Shown: positions 1 to 7,911 of the stretch, in pieces | Numbering within the stretch: the first letter of the stretch is position 1 | Layout: each line of letters starts with the position of its first letter | Source: Candidatus Nomurabacteria bacterium | Lineage (GTDB): Bacteria > Patescibacteriota > Minisyncoccia > Phycocordibacterales > UBA9973 | DNA: 33,303 nucleotides | Assembly: GCA_903869875.1 (NCBI GenBank) | Contig: CAIQAW010000020.1 | Location: 1 to 33,303 of the forward strand | Direction: 5' to 3' | Notes under the pieces: model-generated | Told to the model about the DNA's origin: nothing | The model's database searches: none | What the model saw: the letters and a program-made list of their open reading frames with translations, nothing else | Translations under genes and position numbers: made by a program

Positions 1-65
1 AACACAAAAAAGTAACTTAGGCAAGTTTAATAAATAAATCGAGTTTGATTTTTTATGTACATTTC

Positions 66-160
66 GTTCGGGTCGCGCTTGGGTCGGGTAAATTTTGACA
101 GTACCCGACATAATTTTGCAAAATCAACAACTGCGCGACACGATTCTGCTGAATCGCAAA
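66..160. repeat. Composite (nested) palindromic double-hairpin element, noncoding copy
   Basis: The outer stem is gtcgcgc (72-78) paired with gcgcgac (133-139), followed by the hairpin cgattc-tgct-gaatcg (141-156). This stem encloses a second unit, gtcgggta (83-90)/tacccgac (102-109) plus the palindrome attttgcaaaat (113-124). Segment 83-126 is 39/44 identical to 7613-7656, and the outer arms match 17677-17720. Confidence 0.7.
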
Positions 161-278
161 TTTTTTTCATATGTTGTGGAAAACTATAGTTGTTTGTTTT
201 TTAAAATGGTATACTTATATACAGTAACCCTACGTGTCGGCATCATACGGTTACCTTATAAACATAATTATAATTTTT

Positions 279-509
279 ATGAAATCATTACACACAGTTA
301 CATTTATTTTGCTTGTTATCGGTGGATTGAACTGGCTACTAGTTGGCGTGTTCAGTTGGGATGTAGGTCAAATATTTGGCGGACAAGGTGCACTTATATC
401 TCGCATCGTGTACATATTAGTTGGTCTTTCAGCAATTTACGAAATACTTGGTCACAAGTCTAGTTGCAAAGAATGTTCAACTAAACCTATGCAAGGCGCA
501 GCAATGTAA
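279..509 (+). CDS. DUF378-family small membrane protein
   Basis: Two predicted TM helices carry a GGLNWLLVG-type motif typical of DUF378 (YuzA-like). ATG 279 is preferred over the in-frame ATG 234. A hairpin terminator follows. Confidence 0.7.
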   Translation: MKSLHTVTFILLVIGGLNWLLVGVFSWDVGQIFGGQGALISRIVYILVGLSAIYEILGHKSSCKECSTKPMQGAAM

Positions 510-530
510 TTCATTACATTTCGATAGAAA

Positions 531-561
531 AATAACCCTACATTTGTAGGGTTATTTTTTT
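531..561. terminator. Bidirectional rho-independent terminator
   Basis: The hairpin aaccctac/gtagggtt is flanked by an A-run and a T-run, between convergent genes. Confidence 0.55.
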
Positions 562-1118
562 GCAACGATAATAGAACAAGGTGGTATGTTGAACAAATAA
601 AAAATATCGTAAACCTTTTTAAAATACTTTTCTACAGTTTTCTTCATAGTTAAACTATATTGGTGGAATATTATAAACATACCACCGTCTGCTAGGTTGT
701 TGTATGCATTGTTACAAACTGTATCGCGTTCAGTGTTGGTCAAGAATGAAAAAGGAATGCTAGTTATAACTAAATCAGCTTTTTTACCCAGCAAATTTTG
801 TTCGTAGTTAAAATCTTGAGCAAAACCACGAACTATAACTATGCGTGGGTCGTTTATTGTTTTTAGTATATCTATAAAGTTTTGGTTTTGTTCTACTATG
901 TATAGTTTGCCTGTAGGTGCTATCTTTTTTAAAAGTTCGCGCGTCATAACACCGTTGCCTGCACCCTGTTCTACAACCATATACATATTGTTAGGTAACA
1001 ATCGAGAAACTTTTTTAATTAAAAAATACGAACTAGGAAAAGCCGCCCCTACACGGTAGTCGTCTACAAACTTTTGCAGGAAAAACTTTTTCCGAATATC
1101 TGTAATTGTCTTTAACAT
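552..1118 (-). CDS. Class I SAM-dependent methyltransferase (COG3963 phospholipid N-methyltransferase-like)
   Basis: The SAM-binding loop VVEQGAGNGVMT is present. The N-terminal VGAAFPSS motif is typical of this methyltransferase group. Confidence 0.7.
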   Translation of the reverse strand: MLKTITDIRKKFFLQKFVDDYRVGAAFPSSYFLIKKVSRLLPNNMYMVVEQGAGNGVMTRELLKKIAPTGKLYIVEQNQNFIDILKTINDPRIVIVRGFAQDFNYEQNLLGKKADLVITSIPFSFLTNTERDTVCNNAYNNLADGGMFIIFHQYSLTMKKTVEKYFKKVYDIFYLFNIPPCSIIVAKK

Positions 1119-1121
1119 ATA

Positions 1122-1685
1122 TTAAGCACCTACTATAGCATGAAACAGCACCGAAGCACCAAATATATAAACTGCACATATTATACCTTCGCCTACTAAT
1201 ACACCTAATACAAATTTGCCTACATTTACCCGTGCTGTACCTGCCAGGTAACATATAACGTCTGTTGGTAAAAAAGGTGCCATGCTCCAGACAACTATAA
1301 CAGGTAGTTCGTATTTAGAAAGGTATGCACTGCCTTTGGTAACTAGTGGTTTATATTTTTCTTTTACAAAGCTATCTATATGTAAATATTCAAAGAAATA
1401 GTAAACACTAAGCGAAGAAACCACTATGCCAGTTAGTATTATAAAATATAATGGTACAGGCGGTATAAACAGTAACCCTACTATTATTAATATTGTTGAG
1501 GGTATCAATGTAAAACCACGTACACAACCTAGTAGAAACAATATTGCGTATGCCCATATTGGTGGTTTACTTATTAAACTTGTTATCAAAGATTTTACTA
1601 ATGGCGCATTAAACAGATAAGTTCCGACAAAAAAAACAACTAAGCAGGACCATAGTGTTAATATAAGTATTCGTCTTGATTTCAT
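1122..1685 (-). CDS. DedA/VTT (TVP38/TMEM64) family membrane protein
   Basis: The protein is polytopic, and the C-terminal LPTDVICYLAGTARV motif is typical of the SNARE-associated/VTT domain. The start is set at MKSRR (ATG 1685). Its stop lies 3 nt from the downstream methyltransferase start. Confidence 0.7.
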   Translation of the reverse strand: MKSRRILILTLWSCLVVFFVGTYLFNAPLVKSLITSLISKPPIWAYAILFLLGCVRGFTLIPSTILIIVGLLFIPPVPLYFIILTGIVVSSLSVYYFFEYLHIDSFVKEKYKPLVTKGSAYLSKYELPVIVVWSMAPFLPTDVICYLAGTARVNVGKFVLGVLVGEGIICAVYIFGASVLFHAIVGA

Positions 1686-1700
1686 ATACATATTGTAACA
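1686..1700 (-). promoter_or_regulatory. Extended -10 promoter (TGtTACAAT) 6 nt upstream of ATG; candidate leaderless mRNA
   Basis: The minus strand reads TGT-TACAAT-atgtat-ATG. No SD-like motif is present. Confidence 0.45.
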
Positions 1701-1722
1701 TATATGCATTGCATAATAATGT

Positions 1723-1738
1723 TGTTATAATACATAGC
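1723..1738 (+). promoter_or_regulatory. Extended -10 promoter (TGtTATAAT) 7 nt upstream of ATG; candidate leaderless mRNA
   Basis: The sequence is tgt-tataat-acatagc-ATG(1739). It is divergent from the DedA promoter. Confidence 0.45.
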
Positions 1739-2119
1739 ATGACAAGAAACATAAACCGCGAACATAAAGAATCTTTAAAAACTCTCGACAAAGTTGCTCT
1801 ATTTATAACTAAAATAGTAGGTACCATGTGGTGCGCTATAGCTTTTACCATATTGGCACTTATTAGTTTACCTGAAGCATTGCATAACGGTACAGGTACA
1901 ACTATATCGTGGATTGCTCAAACTTTTCTACAACTAGTATTACTATCTATAATCATGGTTGGGCAAAATTTACAAAGCAAACATTCTGAATTACGGGCAG
2001 ATGCAGACTACGAAACTAATCTAGAAAATAAAAAAGATATCGAAACACTTATGCAACGCCTGGACGACATAGAAGAAAACAAATTAAACAAAATCTTGGC
2101 AATACTGAAAGACAAATAA
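1739..2119 (+). CDS. DUF1003-like membrane protein (two TM helices plus C-terminal coiled coil)
   Basis: The layout TM-TM ... MVGQNLQSKHSELRADADYE resembles DUF1003 or low-affinity iron permease-like proteins. The family assignment is weak. Confidence 0.55.
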   Translation: MTRNINREHKESLKTLDKVALFITKIVGTMWCAIAFTILALISLPEALHNGTGTTISWIAQTFLQLVLLSIIMVGQNLQSKHSELRADADYETNLENKKDIETLMQRLDDIEENKLNKILAILKDK

Positions 2120-2131
2120 TACATTTAAATA

Positions 2132-3130
2132 TTAGTTAGCAGTTTGACCAGCGATATCTGTTGTTGGTTTTTCTATTGATTCAGTCAGTGTTTTACTTTG
2201 TATGTCGGGCAAATACAGGTCTAGTTGTTCGTTTATTTCACTGTCTGTAATTGTGGTTGCGCTTTGGTCCTCAGGTAGATGTTTCCATGGTGGTTTTTGT
2301 CCATAACCGTATGTACCAAATATAAGTACTGGTGTACCGTATGTTGCTATTTGGTCGTTGGGTGTCAGTGTCCATTGGTTTACCCAGTCGTATATAAACA
2401 TAGCGTCAGCTTCAAATAAACGCACGCACGAATGGCTGGCCGCATACCCAGGTAGTTCGTACTGGTGTAAAGACATACCGTCGAAGTTAGCAAAGTTTAC
2501 GTTCCACGGCATTATCCATGTGTCGTCTATGTTGCTTATTGTTACTTTTTGTTTCCAGTTTGCAAAATAAAGTTTACTTGGTGTTTGTGTGGCCTTCTTA
2601 CCTGTACTTACAGGGCCCCAGCGTACTAACTTGCCATTTTCATATAAACCAAAAGCCTCTACACGTTGTGACACGAATATAAATTTAGACAAATCTTTAA
2701 TACGGTCTATATATGCTGGGTATGGCGACAATGCCATCATGTCTACACCGTCCCATGAAGTTGGTACAGTCAATACAGCACCTTTTTGTATCTTGTGCAT
2801 ATTAATGCGGTTTAATGCCAACACCATGTCGACATTTTCTTTACCAACTGCATCAGTAATTTCTTTGCGTGGATTTGTGGCAATAGTTAATGTTGTGTAT
2901 TGAATGGCTAACTCAGGCTTTACGTCGGTAACTGTTTCTTCGGTTTTCTGTACTGGCAATTCAGATGTTTTTTGTGTGCCGTCTACTGGTTGTGTAGTTG
3001 TATTTTTATCTATTACGGATTTATATAAAAAAGAAAAACTAATACCTTGATTTTTCAAGTAAAAAAACACACCGCCAACTAACACCAACACGGCCAATAC
3101 TATTAAAATAATTTTTCCACTACGATTCAT
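2132..3130 (-). CDS. L,D-transpeptidase (YkuD domain), membrane anchored
   Basis: An N-terminal TM anchor is followed by the catalytic signature HQYELPGYAASHSCVRL (His ... SHxCxR). The start is set at MNRSGK. Confidence 0.8.
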   Translation of the reverse strand: MNRSGKIILIVLAVLVLVGGVFFYLKNQGISFSFLYKSVIDKNTTTQPVDGTQKTSELPVQKTEETVTDVKPELAIQYTTLTIATNPRKEITDAVGKENVDMVLALNRINMHKIQKGAVLTVPTSWDGVDMMALSPYPAYIDRIKDLSKFIFVSQRVEAFGLYENGKLVRWGPVSTGKKATQTPSKLYFANWKQKVTISNIDDTWIMPWNVNFANFDGMSLHQYELPGYAASHSCVRLFEADAMFIYDWVNQWTLTPNDQIATYGTPVLIFGTYGYGQKPPWKHLPEDQSATTITDSEINEQLDLYLPDIQSKTLTESIEKPTTDIAGQTAN

Positions 3131-3145
3131 GTGCTGATTGTAACA
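3131..3145 (-). promoter_or_regulatory. Extended -10 promoter (TGtTACAAT) 6 nt upstream of ATG; candidate leaderless mRNA
   Basis: The minus strand reads TGT-TACAAT-cagcac-ATG. Confidence 0.45.
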
Positions 3146-3229
3146 TGTAGATATATAAAAACAAAAAATCAAGTTAATATATTGACAATATTTAATTTAA
3201 TGATATAGTATAAAAAACAATCTTTCAAA

Positions 3230-3907
3230 ATGAGCGAATTAAATAGAACCGGGCTGACTACCTTAAATATAATCAAGTCACAAATTAAAGGGTTATTAAA
3301 GCAGTACCATGCTAGAACCCGAACGTTGGCGAATGTGTTCTACTATGCATGTAATATATTGCAGAAAGATCCAGATTACAGTACTTACCTACCATTAAAT
3401 GTGATGCAAACAATGAAAGAATCTTTTAAGCCAATTGGCAAATACGATTCTAAAAAACAGGCATTACATGAAAAGTTGTTTCATGAACTGCATACCGCTT
3501 TTTTAGTCTTAACTTTTCCAGGTGTAAAACAGACGGAAATAGAAGAAATTAAAAAATACTTTTACGAACTGGGTTTAGAAGGTTCATTAGAAGGTTTTCT
3601 TCGCGACGAATACAAACTTGGTTACGAAAAAAATTGTATCAATGAACTACCGTTGTCTATACTGGTCAACATGAAAACTGCTGCCAGATCTGTAGAACAT
3701 TTTTCATTAATTGGAGATTTCGACATAGCAACAATGCAAGAGAAATTGCATAAATACTACGATGGTAAAAAACTAACTGCTGAATTTCCAACTACTATTT
3801 ATTCTGGACCATTAAGTTTCCATTTAAAAAATAAAGATGGCAACAAAGTTGGTTATGTACATGTTACATACACCAGAGCAGCAACATTTTTTATAGTTGC
3901 TGACTAG
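3230..3907 (+). CDS. Hypothetical protein (AT-rich, accessory-like)
   Basis: This is a long ORF. Upstream lies TTGACA-16 nt-TATAGT (3183-3210), and a strong terminator follows. No motif was recognised. Confidence 0.6.
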   Translation: MSELNRTGLTTLNIIKSQIKGLLKQYHARTRTLANVFYYACNILQKDPDYSTYLPLNVMQTMKESFKPIGKYDSKKQALHEKLFHELHTAFLVLTFPGVKQTEIEEIKKYFYELGLEGSLEGFLRDEYKLGYEKNCINELPLSILVNMKTAARSVEHFSLIGDFDIATMQEKLHKYYDGKKLTAEFPTTIYSGPLSFHLKNKDGNKVGYVHVTYTRAATFFIVAD

Positions 3908-3923
3908 GCCACCTTTAAAAAAC

Positions 3924-3956
3924 AAAACCCTATTCTAATTTAGAATAGGGTTTTTT
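3924..3956 (+). terminator. Rho-independent terminator
   Basis: The hairpin aaaaccctattcta/tagaatagggtttt is followed by a T-run. Confidence 0.7.
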
Positions 3957-3984
3957 AAAATTTAAATTCAGTAATCAATTAAAC

Positions 3985-4287
3985 ATGTCTACATGTGCAT
4001 TTGCAGGCAATAACGTTCCATGCTACCGTAAAGAAAACACATTCATTATGAATATACCTATTAAATCAAACGAACTTATAAACATTTACCTTGAAGGCAA
4101 AGGTAAGTTTGCAGAAAAAAAATCTGACACCGAGTGGGCTATATGGTGGAAAGAAGACCAGCCAGCTGTGGAGGTTACAATTAATTCAGACCATGTTGTT
4201 TTTGAATGCAAAAACAGTTCCGGTGAAGAATTTTACGCAACAGAATTCAGAAACTTTAGAAACATAAAACCTATTTATATAAAATAG
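3985..4287 (+). CDS. Hypothetical small protein (alternative start 4048)
   Basis: The ORF is bounded by terminators on both sides. The start is uncertain (ATG 3985 or MNIPIK at 4048). Confidence 0.4.
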   Translation: MSTCAFAGNNVPCYRKENTFIMNIPIKSNELINIYLEGKGKFAEKKSDTEWAIWWKEDQPAVEVTINSDHVVFECKNSSGEEFYATEFRNFRNIKPIYIK

Positions 4288-4295
4288 GTAAAACA

Positions 4296-4326
4296 AAAAG
4301 CAAGAATTTTTTCTTGCTTTTTTTAT
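4296..4326. terminator. Bidirectional terminator
   Basis: The hairpin aaagcaagaa/ttcttgcttt is flanked by A- and T-runs. Confidence 0.65.
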
Positions 4327-4767
4327 TTAAATCGATTCTTCAATTTTTTGTTTTTTATCTAAATACTCTGTCCATATAACAGGTTTATTCTTAATGTATT
4401 TTCGAAACTGGCTAAAATGTTTTCTACTTTGTAAATATTCGAGGTTAAACATGTTGTCATAGGCTTCCTGTTCTGACGCATGTATAACGTATGTTTCAAA
4501 CAAAGTCATGTTTTTAAAACCAGTATAATAACCAGACTCAATGGACATCCATAACCAGTTAAAGAAAAACAGGGTTTCTAACTGTTGCGCAAAGTGAATT
4601 AGTTCATGGTTTATAAAATATGGGCGCATATTAGGGTGTATTTCAGATGTTGTAAATATAAACGGGTAAAAAGCAGCCATTTTTGCACCACCATGTGTAC
4701 CTGTAAATTTGCTATACCAGTATAAAAACTTCGTTGCCTTTATTTCTATGTACCATGGTTTTCTCAT
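4327..4767 (-). CDS. Hypothetical protein with HExxH motif (possible small metallopeptidase-like)
   Basis: HELIH lies within FINHELIHFAQQLE. The start is set at MRKPWY. No family was recognised. Confidence 0.5.
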   Translation of the reverse strand: MRKPWYIEIKATKFLYWYSKFTGTHGGAKMAAFYPFIFTTSEIHPNMRPYFINHELIHFAQQLETLFFFNWLWMSIESGYYTGFKNMTLFETYVIHASEQEAYDNMFNLEYLQSRKHFSQFRKYIKNKPVIWTEYLDKKQKIEESI

Positions 4768-4779
4768 ATTGTAATTATA
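4768..4779 (-). promoter_or_regulatory. -10 box TATAAT 6 nt upstream of ATG; candidate leaderless mRNA
   Basis: The minus strand reads TATAAT-tacaat-ATG. Confidence 0.4.
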
Positions 4780-5086
4780 CGATAATATTATAACCAGCAC
4801 CAGGCGTGTATTTGACACAATTAATTAGTAGTATTGATATATATGTGTCATAACACAATAAAAAACTGTACATTGTCAACTATAGGTATATACTATGTGT
4901 GTAGCAAAGGTATCTAATCGAAGATATATCCAGACTCGTTAAATCAGTCGACTGAAAAGTTAATAAGATTTCAGAGGAAAGTATCTAGAATGTGTTACTT
5001 TTAAATTCGCTTTGCTTCGGGTAATTATGAAGCCTGCCGATGTCCCCTTTTGGGACCGCAGTATTAACCTAATAGAATACAAATTT

Positions 5087-5734
5087 ATGAAATCAATCTT
5101 TTCTAAGGTAACTAATAGTTTCCTTGTTCAAACTGGCCTAGTTGTTAGTGCAATAGTACTAATGGTGGCGCCCGTTATAGTTAGCGCAGCTACATTTAAC
5201 ACTTACTTACATTCAGGTTCTCGTGGCGCAGAAGTTAGTGCATTGCAAACATACCTGGCCCAAGACACAACACTTTACCCACAAGGTTTAGTTACTGGCT
5301 ACTTTGGCGCAATGACAAAGTCTGCAGTTATACGTTTCCAAGCTAAGAACGGTTTAACAGCTGACGGTCTAGTAGGTGCAGCAACTCGTGCAGCACTAAA
5401 CAACAGTGGTGCTGTTACATACGGCGACGCCCCACAAATATACAACACAACTGTTAGTGCAAGTAGAAACTCTGCTAACGTAATGTGGAGTACAAACATG
5501 AATTCTTCAGGTATGGTATATTTTGGAACCATTCCACTAACACTAGGTGAACATGAAAACTCTGTAGACATCAGTGGTTACACAGCAATGACAGATAACG
5601 CACAACGCACATCACAAAATGTATTACTACAAAACCTTCTACCAAACACAACATATTACTACACAGCATATGTTACTGGTAACAACGGCATAGTAAGCAT
5701 GACATGGCCTTCAACATTTACAACAACAAACTAA
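5087..5734 (+). CDS. Secreted peptidoglycan-binding (PG_binding_1) protein with C-terminal FN3-like beta domain
   Basis: A signal peptide/TM segment is followed by a PG_binding_1 repeat, GSRGAEVSALQTYL...GYFGAMTKSAVIRFQAKNGLTADGLVGAATRAAL. The start is set at MKSIFSK. Confidence 0.8.
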   Translation: MKSIFSKVTNSFLVQTGLVVSAIVLMVAPVIVSAATFNTYLHSGSRGAEVSALQTYLAQDTTLYPQGLVTGYFGAMTKSAVIRFQAKNGLTADGLVGAATRAALNNSGAVTYGDAPQIYNTTVSASRNSANVMWSTNMNSSGMVYFGTIPLTLGEHENSVDISGYTAMTDNAQRTSQNVLLQNLLPNTTYYYTAYVTGNNGIVSMTWPSTFTTTN

Positions 5735-5761
5735 ACTAGTTTATCGTTGTTAGAGTAATAT

Positions 5762-5788
5762 AAAAACCATCCGGGGGGATGGTTTTTA
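5762..5788. terminator. Bidirectional terminator
   Basis: The hairpin is aaaccatcc-gggg-ggatggttt. Confidence 0.7.
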
Positions 5789-5791
5789 TAT

Positions 5792-6379
5792 TTAGTTAAT
5801 ATGTATTTGGTCTGGACATTCATCTTTGCGGAATTTAATCCCGTACACCATAAACGAATTTACAATAATCATAGCTATAGAATGCAATGTTGTTGCTATG
5901 TTGTATGCCTGCAGAGAAAACAGTGTCAGTATATGGCGCAGTACGTTCATACCATACAACATTGGCATTTCTGACTTGGGGTGGTGCCATGTTTTACCCA
6001 GTGTTGGTATAAATGCAACCAAGTCTATAGAAACAACAATTATTACCGATATAGTTGGGTCTTTCGTCAGCGCCCAAGGCACTAAACCCAACAGTGCAAT
6101 AATTAGAAAATATGTATCGGTTTTTTTAATGTTTTTAAAACCATACCGCAAAGAGAAGAAGAAAATAATAAATGTAAAAACTTCTGCGCACGCAGTTGGT
6201 ATAGCACCAACACCGGCACCTTTGGCCAATGCCCCAAAAAAAGTTACACCTGACACAATAGTCCATACTAACCATGTATATGGGTGTGGCTGTATTTTTC
6301 TAAGTATAACGTCGCGCAGGTATGGCACGTTACCTATAATGGCTAACACTGCTGCAACTATGGCTATGGTGGGTTTCAT
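5792..6379 (-). CDS. Polytopic membrane protein, unknown function (about 6 TM)
   Basis: The hydrophobicity pattern supports a polytopic membrane protein. The start is at MKPTIA. The overlapping plus-strand ORF 5826-6428 is judged a shadow ORF. Confidence 0.6.
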   Translation of the reverse strand: MKPTIAIVAAVLAIIGNVPYLRDVILRKIQPHPYTWLVWTIVSGVTFFGALAKGAGVGAIPTACAEVFTFIIFFFSLRYGFKNIKKTDTYFLIIALLGLVPWALTKDPTISVIIVVSIDLVAFIPTLGKTWHHPKSEMPMLYGMNVLRHILTLFSLQAYNIATTLHSIAMIIVNSFMVYGIKFRKDECPDQIHIN

Positions 6380-6395
6380 ATATATAATATTAACA
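6380..6395 (-). promoter_or_regulatory. Extended -10 (TGtTAATAT) 7 nt upstream of ATG; candidate leaderless mRNA
   Basis: The minus strand reads TGT-TAATAT-tatatat-ATG. Confidence 0.4.
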
Positions 6396-6469
6396 TACAA
6401 ACAACTTTATCTGAATATATTATTTTGAAACTAGTATTTATAACTATCTGGGTATATACTATATATATT

Positions 6470-6988
6470 ATGACATACAACCTACACCCACTTTTTGTGC
6501 ATTTTCCTATAGCATTGCTGTTTATATATTCTATTATCAAGGTTTTGCCTTTAGAAAAATGGTTTGCAAGCGTTTCTTGGAAACACATTGAACGTGCATT
6601 ACTTGTGTTTGGTACATTAGGGGCATTTGCAGCCATGACTACCGGTGAAATAGCCGAAAGCCTTTCTAAACCAAACCACCAGTTAGTAGAAATGCATTCT
6701 ACATTTGCATCAGCTTCTACATGGATATATGCAATACTAGTTGTGGGTGAAATTCTTGCCATAACACTACCCCTTATACAAAACTTTTTACTTAAAATAC
6801 CAGCTGTAAACAAATTTCTATTATTTATACATAAACTAATAACAGATGAAGTTTTTTCAGCTACATTAGCATTTTTAGGTTTGGTGGCAATATCTATAAC
6901 AGGCCTACTAGGTGGTGTTATGGTATATGGCACATCTGCAGACCCTGTGGCTGGTATAGTACTTAAAATATTAGGTATAGATTTTTAA
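6470..6988 (+). CDS. DUF2231-like membrane protein
   Basis: The N-terminal HPLFVHFPIAL motif is followed by 4-5 TM helices. Confidence 0.65.
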   Translation: MTYNLHPLFVHFPIALLFIYSIIKVLPLEKWFASVSWKHIERALLVFGTLGAFAAMTTGEIAESLSKPNHQLVEMHSTFASASTWIYAILVVGEILAITLPLIQNFLLKIPAVNKFLLFIHKLITDEVFSATLAFLGLVAISITGLLGGVMVYGTSADPVAGIVLKILGIDF

Positions 6989-6996
6989 TTTTTGAA

Positions 6997-7791
6997 ATGA
7001 ATCGAATTTTAATATTACCTATTTTAATATTTTTTCTATTACCCCATGCAACATTTGGGGCTAGTTCTACTGTTATAAAATGCCCTAAACCACCTAAAAA
7101 CCAACCGGTGGTAAACTACTTCTTAACATCATTCACTGACACTACTGAAAACCTACAAAACTATATTCCCCGCGACTTGGTTTTAGTTTCAGACATAGAT
7201 ACATACAACTACAGCCACTACTGTTTACGTAAACCAGTTTACGACGCATTTAAACGCATGAACAAAGCTTTAAAAAAACAAACGGGTATGACTTTGCAAA
7301 TTCGTTCTGGTTTTAGAAGTTACAAGGTTCAAGAAAATTTCAAGAAAATATTTGGCGGTCTTGCAGCCAGTCCAGGCAGATCTGAACACCAACTAGGCAC
7401 AGCACTAGACCTGATAGGCACAACACCCGGCGAGAAACTTGCCGATTCCAAGGAATACATTTGGCTAACACAGAACGCCGCAAAATACGGCTTTGTGCAG
7501 TCTTACCCAAACGAAACAATAAACGAACCTACAGACACTACAGAAGGTTTAATAGCAAACCTACAAGCCACAGCAATGCAACCAAACATAAACAATACGC
7601 CTTCGGAAAAACGTCGGGTAAATATCGACAGTACCCGACATGATTCTGCAGAATCAGTAACGACTGGTGAAGCCTGGCACTGGCGCTACATAGGCGAATC
7701 TACAGCTATGGCTATGCCTACTGGCGACCTGGGTACATACTTAGAGCAAGTTAAAATTAACCAAACAAAAAAGACAAACAAAAAACCTTAA
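6997..7791 (+). CDS. D-alanyl-D-alanine carboxypeptidase, VanY/peptidase M15B family
   Basis: A signal peptide is followed by the motifs SGFRSY, SEHQLGTALD and EAWHWRYIG (the M15B zinc-ligand pattern). Confidence 0.85.
   Translation: MNRILILPILIFFLLPHATFGASSTVIKCPKPPKNQPVVNYFLTSFTDTTENLQNYIPRDLVLVSDIDTYNYSHYCLRKPVYDAFKRMNKALKKQTGMTLQIRSGFRSYKVQENFKKIFGGLAASPGRSEHQLGTALDLIGTTPGEKLADSKEYIWLTQNAAKYGFVQSYPNETINEPTDTTEGLIANLQATAMQPNINNTPSEKRRVNIDSTRHDSAESVTTGEAWHWRYIGESTAMAMPTGDLGTYLEQVKINQTKKTNKKP
7613..7656. repeat. Palindromic double-hairpin element, in-frame inside the VanY-like CDS
   Basis: The element is gtcgggta-N11-tacccgac followed by the 16 bp perfect palindrome tgattctgcagaatca. It is 39/44 identical to 83-126. 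Confidence 0.75.
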
Positions 7792-7807
7792 TGTAAATTA
7801 AGGTTTT
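7783..7807 (+). terminator. Rho-independent terminator overlapping the VanY stop codon
   Basis: The hairpin aaccttaat-gtaa-attaaggtt is followed by tt. Confidence 0.55.
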
Positions 7808-7809
7808 AG

Positions 7810-7888
7810 CGCCAGTTTGCGGATTCGAACCGCAAAGGTGGTTTATTCTTTTGCCACCGTCCAGGGTGCTTTTATGGCTATAACCGGC
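7810..7888 (-). tRNA. tRNA-like gene, atypical (possible degenerate or noncanonical tRNA); anticodon not assignable
   Basis: The minus strand reads GCCGGTT...TGCGG-TTCGAAT-CCGCA-AACTGGC-G. It has a 7 bp acceptor stem (one G-U pair) and a consensus T-arm. The 45 nt between them lack the D-loop GG and any 5 bp/7 nt anticodon arm. Confidence 0.4.
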
Positions 7889-7911
7889 TTTTATTTAATT
7901 ATATACCTTTG

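Noticed and set aside
95-463. 122 aa ORF covering the palindromic repeat region and overlapping the DUF378 gene
   Set aside because: It reads through the noncoding nested repeat (66-160) and overlaps the DUF378-like ORF out of frame. The DUF378 ORF has a recognisable family motif. The composition of this ORF is not protein-like.
5826-6933. Long ORFs 5826-6428 (+) and 6376-6933 (-), antisense to two membrane-protein genes
   Set aside because: These are shadow ORFs opposite genes with clear TM-helix periodicity and a family motif (HPLFVHFPIAL). Their translations are low-complexity and lack plausible starts or promoters.
7640-7653. GATTCTGCAGAATC palindromes as DNA-uptake sequences linked to the pilus operon
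   Set aside because: Only three or four related sites occur in 33 kb, always as part of a larger double-hairpin unit. Uptake sequences are expected at about one per kb as short fixed motifs. The repeat-element explanation fits better.
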